From Psammoneis japonica (lineage: Eukaryota), in contig QPGO01000042.1 of the NCBI GenBank assembly GCA_008632985.1, positions 124,001-188,000 of the forward strand: a DNA stretch of 64,000 bases. Direction: 5' to 3'. The notes under the pieces are model-generated. The model had not been told where the DNA came from. It saw only the letters and a list, made by a program, of their open reading frames with translations, and did no database searches. Numbering within the stretch: the first letter of the stretch is position 1; the number at the start of each line of letters is the position of its first letter. Both the position numbers and the translations under genes were made by a program. Shown here piece by piece: positions 24,640-34,911 of this stretch.

Positions 24640-26870
24640 CACCACAGATGTCAGCATCAAATTTTACATTGACAAAGTTGAGAGCACTCTCTCTCTCTCC
24701 ACCTCATGAGCAGCCAGTGGTGTGGAAAGAACCCACATGTGTCATTGTTCACCTGGCACAACCCTGACTTTGTTCTCCAAGAAGAGCAGGGGTCCTTTGG
24801 CAGGATTGTTGCTGTTCACAGAGCTGCCTTGGCAAGGAAACCAGCTGGGGGATCTGTGGGCACTTGCCTGCTGTGCAATCTCAGACTTTGGTGATGTGCA
24901 GCACTGCCCATGCCTTCCAAGACTGGAAAAAGACACAGGTCAGAAGTTGCTTCTCCCCCTGCTGCTGCTTAGGACAAGGAAGTTGCTTGGAGCTCATGCC
25001 AAGCTGCAAGCTGCTTTTTTCACACTCCTTCAAAAAACAAGCTTGAGATGGTGTGCCCCACATCTCAGCAAGCTCAGATGATGCTTGGCATTGTTGAAAT
25101 GATGCTCTCTTGCTGAAAACCTTCCTCCCACTGTGCTGTTCTTTTGTGCCATTGTGACTCTCCTCCATCCAATTGGGACAACAAGATTGCTTGTTCCACT
25201 GAAAAACGGCACCCAGTGATGCCTTCTTTGGCACTTCCAGCACCAAAGTCATTGTGAGAGACAATGCCAGGCACCACTCTCAGCACTCAAGCAGGGAGAG
25301 AGGGTGTGCAGGAGCAACTCTTTGTGAGCACTGTGCTCTGTCAAAAGCCCCAGTGAGCACCAGCAAGAGTTAAAATGCTCAAGCGAGCAAAGCTCTGACT
25401 GTTCCTGCAGTGCAGCCACTCCTTGATGCCAGATGCACAGACATTTCCAACACACTCTGTGCTCTCTCTTGACAATCTCTGCTTGTTTCATGCACAACAC
25501 TGCACCTGCATCATCACAAAGGATCTCCCAACCAGTGCTGCTGAAGAAGATCATTTTCAGCTGTTGTTGGCACTTTTGGCTGCACAAAATCTTGTCACAT
25601 GTTGTGGCTCAGACTCCACCCAACAATTTGCTGCAGCACAGGACATGCTGGTTGCAAGATGACTGATCTTGAAATGAGAGCAACAACACTGTGCTGCATG
25701 ACATGTCATCAGAAGATGTCAAGAGGTGTGCTCCCACTTGGCTTCTTGGCGGGGTCGGGAGGTTTCGGAGCACATCACTTTGTGGTCAATTCCAGCTGTT
25801 GGTGCTGACAAAACCATTTTACACCAGCCAGCATGTGAGCTGCCTTGTTGCCCCCCCCCCCCCCCCTGGTTGGATTGTGCAAACTGGCATGGGAGTAAAC
25901 TGGCCGGTTTGGTGAACATGATGTTGTGTGTCATGTGTCAAGTCCAGAGTTGTTGTGGCACAGCAATCTCTCCAAATGCTGGCACTTTTGAAACAGGCTG
26001 AAAACACATCCTGCTGGAAAGGGAGCAATGGAGCAGAGGGCACCCACAAGAGGAATGCAGTGAGAGGAGTGCAGCTGGGGTTGAGTCTGTGAGAATCTGC
26101 AAACTTCTCATGATGCACAGCTGCACACTCAAGCACCTTGTTTTGAAAGGAAAGGAGAAGGAGCCATCCTCATGTTCTTGCCTGGTGTTGCTGAAGTTGC
26201 CAAAGCCATTTAAAGAAACAATGTGCAAGACTGAGAAGGTGTTCAAGAAAACCTGCCAGAGTGGTGGTCTGCCCTTCTTTTGCACTCATCACTTGTCACA
26301 AAATGCACTCACCAGAGGCCTCCAACAGGAGTGCCAAACATTTGAATTGGTGCTGCAGTGCAACAATCAATTCTTTGGCAACACACACTGCAACTGATTC
26401 ACTCCCAAATAATGCAGCCAATTCCACAGCATTTTGTTGCTCGCTGAAAACCAAATGATTGTGATCGGTGCATTTTGTGTGTATAAACCAATGTCCCACT
26501 GTGCGATCTTCAGTGGCACGCCGATTCTTTGTGGGCGGATCAGGAATAAAAGGTGAGGGAGTGCAGCAAAGACTCAATCTATGTTTCGAGGCTCTATTTC
26601 CGGAGTAGCCATCCTCAAGAAAGGTGTCAATATTGTAGTTCTTCTGATGATTGACCAAAGCCATTCGATGCTGCTTGTAACCTTTATTCTAGAAAGCGTA
26701 GAGACCAAACCGATGGTCGATCTTCAAGCCATTTATTATTTGTAACATTGTCTATTGCTGTGTAGAAACCAAGAAGTGCGTAACCAACTTCAGTCAAGTG
26801 TACACACAACTTTTAATCTAGTAGGACATTTCTAATACCCATGCTGGTAGTATTTAGGCTATCCCTCAGC

Positions 26871-28234
26871 CTAGTCAAAGCCTTCGAACCACGCGCCTTT
26901 TGGTCGTTCATCTTCTTCCTGGCCGTCCGTAGATGATCTATCGTCTATAGGAGGCAGCGATTCTAGCCGGCTACGTTCTCTAGCAATGAGCCGCGAAAGA
27001 AACTTGAGACGTTTCAAAGAACCATTGACGCTAATCAATGCCTGAAAATCAAGACAAGGGTCCAATCGTAAATCAACGAATTCATTCTGTGCTTCGACCT
27101 CCATTTTATCAACTTTCTTGCGAACGTCTGGGGGTAGATCTCCCATGTGAATTGGTAACTTAAGGGGTCCACCTTTTTCACAAGCTGCAGCAACCATGAC
27201 CTCATTGACATCAGCAACCAGATTCATTTGGCGACCTTCTCTGACCGTATAGCAAAGTGTTTGCCATACTTGGGCTGAGGTCCAAAAGGAGTCTGTCACA
27301 TCCTTTTCACTCCACTGTGGAAGGGCAGTGGCCAAGTGATCTCTAGCAAAAGGAGGAAGCTCCGATGCACCAGCCCCCTCCAAATACATGGAGCGCACTG
27401 CTTCGTAGTCAGCCACTATCTTCCTTATTACTCCGGCCGCCCTCTCGTCATTTGCATCCACTTCTTGGTCGTGTTTTTTTCTTGAGCGGATGGTGCCTAT
27501 AAGATATTCAGATGATCGCTGTATACGGCTTTTGCTACTGGCTGCATCTGGGTTGTCAATTGCGACGATATCCACCAATTCTTCAGCGCGACAGGTAACA
27601 ACAATTCGAGAAACAGAGCCATCACGATTGACATGCTTTTCTATATTCTCGATACACATAACGGTTCCAACAGCACCGATTCTCCCTGAGTCCGCAGCAC
27701 AGAGCACAGCACAAAAGCATTTGTTCGTCCAGCGACCCCCATCCACTAAATCCTACAAGAAAGAAAGAAATGGAATTGGCGCGATGTGAGCTGAATAATA
27801 CCGTACAAATCTGGCAACTTGACGTCACCTGCTCTTCCTAAAGAGCTAGAAGATCCTACCTCTGCCATCTTTATATTTCTCGGTTCCACATTGTTGAGCG
27901 TGTGAATAGACTGTGAAGGCAAATAGCAGGCTCCTAGCGGATAGAGAGGCATGGTCCTTTCTTCGGAGGTGGGATCTTTCGTAGTTCCGCAGAAATTGAA
28001 ATTGTTTGGGTCTATCCATGCTATGCAAACTTCATCATTCAATGCGCGTTCGAGAGCTAGTCGTTCGTATGATGTATTCAGAAAATGGCCACCCCTTTTG
28101 GTTGCAAGTCGCCTACGATACGGTAACTCGCGGGGATTTGTTTGCGGCGGCATAAAACAGTATGTTGTTTGACAAATCGATGCCCCCAAAAGAGTAAACC
28201 AGCCAGCGGTCAGACGTGCGCAAAGACGAGACAT
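26871..28234 (-). CDS. LON peptidase N-terminal/substrate-binding-domain-like protein, probably organelle-targeted; one intron ~27751-27859
   Basis: MPLYPLGACYLP..HTLNNVEPRNIKMA.DL...IGAVGTVM resembles the LON_substr_bdg start; hydrophobic N-terminus. Confidence 0.6.
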
Positions 28235-28439
28235 TTCTGATTCTCTTCTCCGTTTGAGTGATCACCGCCACTTTGGAAGACGAGAGCTAAAAACTTCTGT
28301 ACCTACCTTTGTCTTCGTTTTGTTGTTTTGTTGTGTGGATGATGATTCTCTCGCCGCAACTCGCAGACTCGCAACGGTCACAAACGGTTGTTTTAAAATT
28401 CAAACTTCAAGATACCCGGATGTATCACTCGTTCTGTCT

Positions 28440-28760
28440 CTACTCTACTGTACGTAGACTACCGGTACGTACAGTAGTGCAGAGAGGTTTGTACTCTAGA
28501 GTCGTCTAGCTAGCTAGTAGAGCTCTATTAGCTATGACTACTACTCTAGCTAGGACTAGCTCTAGAGAGCTAGAAGAGAGTTAGTAGAGAGTAGCTACTA
28601 GCTGCCCACGCCTGCTCCATCCATCGTGAGTAGTGTAGCTAGCCAAGGGGTTAGGTCAACCTCTGTCCCTTGGTTCAGGGACTTAAATACCTTGGTCTAT
28701 CCATCCGGTTCGACCCGGGCATCACCCGCTCTCTCTCTAGCTAGTAGCGGGTAGAGAGCT
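28440..28760. repeat. CTAG/TAGAG/TACCGGTA low-complexity palindromic tract
   Basis: ctagctagctagtagagctct...ctagctctagagagctagaagagag. Confidence 0.8.
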
Positions 28761-28850
28761 GAAATTGAAAATAACGATGATCATGACTCCATGGTTCAGC
28801 AGACTATAGTACCGTACTGCCAGTATGACAGCCAAAAACATAACGTTACA

Positions 28851-30351
28851 CTAACTTCGTTCCGAGATGAATGACGTCGACGGCGCGGAATTCTGCGGCA
28901 GACCTCCATCTGTTGGGCGGTCTATGAAGTCCAAAAGAAACTCCGCCATTTTTCTGCCGCCTCTTGCCGACGGCTCTACTCGAGCAACGTAATCCTCGCT
29001 GCGTTTGCCATCCAAAGCATGGAAGAGCGGAACAGGGACTACGTCACTTCCTTGAATGCGAATGTTTCTTTGGGTCGTTTGACAGGAAGAGGAAGAGAAA
29101 GCTCATTAGTATCTAGTAGGCATTGATTTAGATGCCTTGTTTATAATCAAACACAAAACATACCTCGTAGCTTCTTCGAACCCACGGCGAATAAGAAGCT
29201 GAAGCTTGGCAGGATTTGAATTGTACTTTAAGGCACCAAGTGCTGCTCCTGCCCACGATGGAGTAAGATTCTCGTCTGGATAGTAGATCATGCAGACGAG
29301 GATCTTGCTGGGCTTTGTCTTCGAAGTTAGCTGTTGGATGTATTTCTCCACGCTTCAGAAAGTAGCGCGAGGGGATTGAGTAATGAAATGAGTGACTTCA
29401 GAAGGTTGACATCCTGGAAAGAAGAATTACTTTTGCCCTTACCGTGTACCAAACAGATGCCGAAAGTACCCCAGGCATGGTGGACAAGAACAAGCACATG
29501 ACAAAAACGAAGGTCCACATCCACAACAGCAGTCATCGAACTTGGAAAAGGAAGAATTGAGAATGCAATCAACCTGTAAGCTGAGGACCATATACAACAC
29601 GCAATGCCAGTAAAAACTAATCAAGGCGGCTCATACCGGGACAGACCCGCAGGAGAAAGCACTTTCTAGACAATATTGCGGGAGACACAATAGGCCAACG
29701 ACAGAGACAATGGTGCAGGGCGTGGGGAGGAGCGCAACATCGTTCCCTCCAACAGAAACAATCAAGATATCGTCGCTGGTGATATTGTCACGAATGAAGT
29801 GGTCCTGGGGTCGGAGTTTATACGAGCGTTCGTTCAATGTGTGGCTTCGACTTTTGTTGGTCATTGTTAGACAAAATTGAAAACGAAAAAGAAGCTTGGT
29901 GAGAAGAGGACCAACGTTGAATTCTTGCGAGAAACAATCCTGCTGGTCTAATCACCTGCAGTATTGATGGCAGCCATTCGTCGGCCATTGTTTCTGCCTC
30001 GTTCGTTTTCACAAATTTGATTGAGCCAATACGTTACGTCACACACCGACGTCGGGGGATCCAGCACATGACGGTAGGCTCCCACTGAAGGCGCACGGTC
30101 GGGGAACCTGTGAGACCCCAAGTAAGTATTGAATAGGTATCATTAGGACTTAAACGGAAGGAACGAAATTGAAGGTGCGGGAGGAAAGATTTCACGAACC
30201 AATACTTGTTGTCCAGTGACGAGTCACCGGCAGTCCAAATCAAGATGTCGGAAGAGCCCCGAAGGTGAGGCAGTAGTTTACGAAGGTGCTGCACTTTGTG
30301 GCCATTGTACTCGTCGTAGAAAGAGCTGCTGTCTATCTTCTCAGTAGACAT
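28851..30351 (-). CDS. Multi-exon SGNH/GDSL-hydrolase-like hypothetical protein
   Basis: AGDSSLDNKYW (block I-like), VSVGGNDVAL (block III-like), VCMIYYP, DYVARVEPSARGG; several GT-AG introns. Confidence 0.65.
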
Positions 30352-31110
30352 GTCCACTTTGTTCTACTTCCTGTTGCTTCTTGCTGATTTCCTTGGCTTG
30401 CTGAAAAAATATTCTACACGTAGGGCGGGCCCTACAAGCTTACTGCTTTTCGTACCGACCCCAGTAGCATTCTACGTTACATACCAGAATTTTTAATTAT
30501 TTATTTAGTCATTAATATATCATTACGAATTGACAACCACCGATTTTTCGCACGCGACACCACCACGATGACACGTTCCGTCGAACGAGTTCGGGCCCAC
30601 CCGGAATAGTTACCAAGCCATTTGGGTACAGCTATATCAATGAGGTACTTTCGGATCATATATATCTCATTGGCTTGGTAATTCTTCGTGGTTGACAAAT
30701 AAACGACGGCAAAGGATTCACGTGTTGTTTTGTCGTGCTTTGGCGTCAAGAGCCAGGTTAGTCGAGTTAATCCCAGTAGAAAACCTACGTAGGCCTACTC
30801 TGAGCCACAAGCGCGCGTAATAAGCTTGTACCGGTACCGGTATGTACACGGGGTAAGCGAGGGGAGAAGATCAAGATCCAAACCACCCCTGACCTGAAAA
30901 CTCCAACACTTCTTCAATACTTGTAACAACACACAACACACAACACGGTGTTCAACACACAACATCTCACCAAAAGAACACAAGTGACAAGTAGCAAACA
31001 AAAAGCGGCGAAAGGAAGCCGAGACAAAGAGTTGTTCATTATTGACACGCAAGAAGTTGTTCTGTAGTCCCGTTCTTTTCGACGTATTTTCAATATCCAT
31101 CCTCGGCAGA

Positions 31111-32472
31111 ATGACAGAATCAGAAAAGAGACAAGATGTACGAAGCGCCGGTCGAAAGCTGGTGAGCACTCCTGTTCTATTGCAAGATTGGGATGTTGAG
31201 GGCGAGGAACAGTCGGCCAAGTTTTGGGAACTGTTTGTCGACCTGCTTCTGGTTGCAACAGCAAGCGCTGTCGCCGACGGGTTGAAGGAAGATCCGACTC
31301 TGGACGGAATCTCTTCCTTCGCTTGTCTCTACTTTATTTTCTTTTTCGGTTGGTACATCTACGTTCACTTATCAACTCGCTTTGAAGATGCTTCGCTACT
31401 ACACTCCTTCAATTTGTTCTTTTACCTGCTTGGGATGGCTTCATGTGTCATGAACGCCGACGGATTCAACAATGTCCGAGGTTTCGCGTCTTCTGCCTGC
31501 CTCCAACAGATTGCTGGTCTCATGATGATGGTGCCTATTGCAGCCTGTATTCCTCGCGCACGTGCATATTGCTCAGTCTTTTCCGCTGTAACAGCAGCTG
31601 GACTGCTGGCGCTGATCGCTTCTGCGGTCATCAACACGGAGCTCGCAGCTCGGTATCTTTGGTGGCTAGCGGCAGTCATTGAATTCAACCTTGAAGTGAT
31701 TGCTCTGTTCTTTCTTAAAGGGCAAAGGCTAGTTCCAATCAACATTGAGCACAGTGTAGAGCGACATGGGTGTTTCGTTCTAGTTATGCTTGGCGAGACA
31801 GTTTTGTCGGTGACACTGCAGTACCGGGAACAGCGAGAACACATTCATGCATCCCGCAAACGTGACTTCTACGCTGTCATGGTGCTCTCGTTCTTGCTTA
31901 TTTTCATGTTTGCTTTGCTATTCTTTCACATGGAACCTTCGCGGCACGACCACGCCTTTCATCGATCTCGGTTTCATGGACTATCATACATCCAAGCATT
32001 CAAAATCCTTGGCCTAGCTCTTCTTGCCATTGGAGTCGCCGTAAAGCTGATTGTGGAATCTGTTGCGGAGAACGAATCTCTCACCAAGTTTGCTTCAGTC
32101 CTAACGGGTGTCAGCGTCGGTACAGCACTTTTGTGCCTGTACGTTATGAGGATATTGAATTATGGCGGAAAGCTACCAAGGCCATCAGATGCTCCTGATG
32201 TAAGACGACTCATGTGGGCCTGGTGGTGGGTTGTTGGCATTGCTGCGGCGCTTCCCTTCGTTGTTTGTATTGTTCTTGTGCAAGTTGGCCATAGCGATCC
32301 GATCTTCACGCTTGGCATTTACGCGGGAATCGTCACGTTGCTTTGCTTCGTGGAGACATGCTTTAGTCACGTACTGCAGCCGCATCTTGCAAAGCCGTTA
32401 AGTGACTCGGAATCAGAGCCATTGTTTGCCACGATTTCAAAAGACAAGACACACCAGACTTACACATCATGA
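31111..32472 (+). CDS. Low temperature requirement protein A (LtrA)-like multi-pass membrane protein
   Basis: WELFVDLLLV, TRFE, EHSVERHGCFVLVMLGETV; many TM helices. Confidence 0.8.
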   Translation: MTESEKRQDVRSAGRKLVSTPVLLQDWDVEGEEQSAKFWELFVDLLLVATASAVADGLKEDPTLDGISSFACLYFIFFFGWYIYVHLSTRFEDASLLHSFNLFFYLLGMASCVMNADGFNNVRGFASSACLQQIAGLMMMVPIAACIPRARAYCSVFSAVTAAGLLALIASAVINTELAARYLWWLAAVIEFNLEVIALFFLKGQRLVPINIEHSVERHGCFVLVMLGETVLSVTLQYREQREHIHASRKRDFYAVMVLSFLLIFMFALLFFHMEPSRHDHAFHRSRFHGLSYIQAFKILGLALLAIGVAVKLIVESVAENESLTKFASVLTGVSVGTALLCLYVMRILNYGGKLPRPSDAPDVRRLMWAWWWVVGIAAALPFVVCIVLVQVGHSDPIFTLGIYAGIVTLLCFVETCFSHVLQPHLAKPLSDSESEPLFATISKDKTHQTYTS

Positions 32473-32939
32473 TTCAAGACTGTGGCAGAGCATTTCCTTA
32501 AGAATCTGGCCGTCCTACTCTCTAGAGAGCAGCTAGGGCCCTGCCGTCCTCTACTTTTATCTTGCTCAAACATGACTCGATAAACACTGTTTGACAGAAT
32601 TGGTTGCCTCTCTTTGGCTGTGCTATGGCGAGATAGCTCAAACATCCTATGGCCAATGCGGCCGTACCACTTTACGTATAGACTAAGCATCAGTCAAACT
32701 GGAAAACCACGCCGAATGACACTACCGTTGCTAACGGGCATGCGCTACTTCTCTTGTAATCCCCTCTTTGAGATCTACATATGTCAATACGGTAAGTTAA
32801 GTAGTACTAGAAACGGCCGAACATTTGCTACAGTACTTAATTGGGTACCCTCGCTCTCTAATATCCGGAGAGAGCAGTTAGTAGAGCGAGCGCTCGAGAT
32901 CGACCATACCCCGATAGAACCTAACCATAAAATATAAAA

Positions 32940-33110
32940 CTAAACTAGAGGCCCTACTATACATGCTAGGAGAACAACCAAAAACCTACCTCTACTCTAG
33001 CGTACGGTACATAGTTCAGCACTCTCTACTACTAGAGCTCTCTAGCTATTAGAGTAGCTTCTCTAGTAGTAGAGAGAGTAGCTAGAGTAGAGAGTAGAGG
33101 TAGATAGAGT
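32940..33110. repeat. CTAG/TAGAG low-complexity tract upstream of RPS24
   Basis: actagagctctctagctattagagtagcttctctagtagtagagagagtagctagagtag. Confidence 0.8.
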
Positions 33111-33304
33111 GAATTAAGATTTCGATGTAGTACAGGTACCTGTGCTTTTGTAAGGCTCATCACCCGTTTGTTACCGCTTACTTGCTCTGAGACGAGCGGC
33201 TGGTCTAATTCGCAACGTAGATTTTGTACGGCAGTCTACGGTGTTGTGTTCATCGTCCAAGGTGATCGCACTGCACGAAGTCGCATCTGAAGACTTGATT
33301 CACC

Positions 33305-33983
33305 ATGAGCGACTCAGCCGTTGTCGTCCAGACTCGAAAGTTCAAGCGCAACCCGCTCCTTGCCCGAAAGCAGGTATGTACTCACTAGAAGATTAGAATG
33401 AGATGGCGATGGCAACGCAGGGTTTCTCAGTAGGGCATTTGCTGCCCGCAATTTACATGGTTTGTTCGCTTGTCCCATTCTTTTTCGTGATGAGATGCTG
33501 TTGGTCGATCCCGATGAGGATGGGATCACAATATGTCGCCAAATATCATTTTTAAATGCAGCGAGAGGAGCACATGTTTTGACATGTTCAGGAACTTGTT
33601 GCTAATTTTTAATTCTCTGATCTTCTTCCTGTTCCCAGTTCATCGTGGACGTTATCCACCCCGGACGCGCTAATGTTCCTCGATCGGAGCTGCAAGAAGT
33701 GGTAGGAGGTATGTACAAGGCGGACCCAAAAATGACGGTATTGTTTGGCTTCCGAACTAAGTTTGGTGGCGGCAAATCTACTGGCTTCTGCTTGATTTAC
33801 GACAACGAAGAGGCGATGCGTAAGTTTGAGCCAAAGTACCGACTTGTCCGTCAAGGAATGGTGGAGAAGAAGGAGCAGTCACGCAAAGCCATCAAGGAGG
33901 CCAAGAACAAGGGTCTCAAGATTAGGGGTACTGGTGCGTCCATCGCTAAGCACAAGGCGAAGCGTGCTGCCCAAAACGAGTAA
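33305..33983 (+). CDS. RPS24: 40S ribosomal protein S24 (eS24); exons 33305-33373 and 33639-33983
   Basis: MSDSAVVVQTRKFKRNPLLARKQ|FIVDVIHPGRANV...FGFRTKFGGGKSTGF..IYD...KFEPKYRL. Confidence 0.97.
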
Positions 33984-34429
33984 GCAGCTGAAACAGTAAA
34001 CAAATTCTTTCTTTTCAAGAATCATGCTATGCAATAGTCATTTTTTACTATCCACACTTCTCTGAGAATAATTGCACATTACCTAAAGCTCGGGCGTTTG
34101 AAACATCTTAGCAAGGAAAGGCAATTCCAACCTCGTACGGTAGCATTTCGCTTTTGCCCAAAAGACAGACTGCGCAGCACTCCCTGTTTTTGTCCTGTCT
34201 CCAGAGATTCGTTCCAGGCTAGAGTCCAGTGGAAGAAACCTCTCACTCTATCATTGTAGTTCACCTGCTGCCATGTACCGAGAGTCTTCTTATACTCGTG
34301 TTCCCCTATCGATAGACTCTCACTCTCTACTGAAGTAGTTGTAGCTACGGTACTCTCTAGTGGCCATTGGCATTTGTTAAAAATCAGAGGGTTGCACTCT
34401 GCTTCTTTTAATACCAATATTGAAATAGT

Positions 34430-34855
34430 TGATCTCTACTTCTACTTTACTCTAGCTAGCTTGAAGAGAGCGCTACGGTACGAGTACCATACCATAGCTA
34501 GTAGAGAGAGAGGTCTGCAGCTCTAGCTACCGACCATGCATGCATGCTAGTAGAGCTCTCTACATAGCTACCTCTAGCTCTAGAGAGAGTAGAGTAGAGT
34601 AACGCTTCGCTTCAAGTATCCTGGCTCTCTACTCCTAGCTCTCTCTATCTACCGGTATTCTCTACTCTAGAGTAGAGAGTACCGGTAGTAATGTTACTGC
34701 AGTAAGTAGAGTAGGGCCTATCGTACTACTAGCTAGAGGACAGACTCTACTCTAGTAGTAGAGCTAGCTACTCTCTATCTACTCTAGCTCTAGAGTACCG
34801 GTAGAGAGAGAGAGAGAGAGAGTACTATTCTATCTGGGAGTTAGTAGTAGTGTCT
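34430..34855. repeat. CTAG/TAGAG/TACCGGTA low-complexity tract including (GA)n
   Basis: Seen directly; lies next to the left end of the 1.77-kb element array. Confidence 0.85.
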
Positions 34856-34911
34856 GGCCTGCTTCGGCGCGAACTCAGCTCCAGCTCCAGACAAACTCAC
34901 GCGGGCTGACG

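Larger units (their letters stand above)
15910..26460. mobile_element. Large decayed repeat domain (CpG/TpA-depleted) containing a Sola-like DDE transposase relic and additional cargo ORF relics; interrupted by a 100-N gap
   Basis: Abrupt compositional switch, frameshifted coding remnants, long poly-G/C runs; termini not resolved. Confidence 0.8.

Noticed and set aside
15916..26458. Dozens of overlapping 60-200 aa ORFs in all six frames (also at 35-40, 47-50 and 52-56 kb)
   Set aside because: Artefact of TA depletion removing many TAA/TAG stops and of TG gain creating starts. They are Tyr-less and Cys/His-rich, not real genes.
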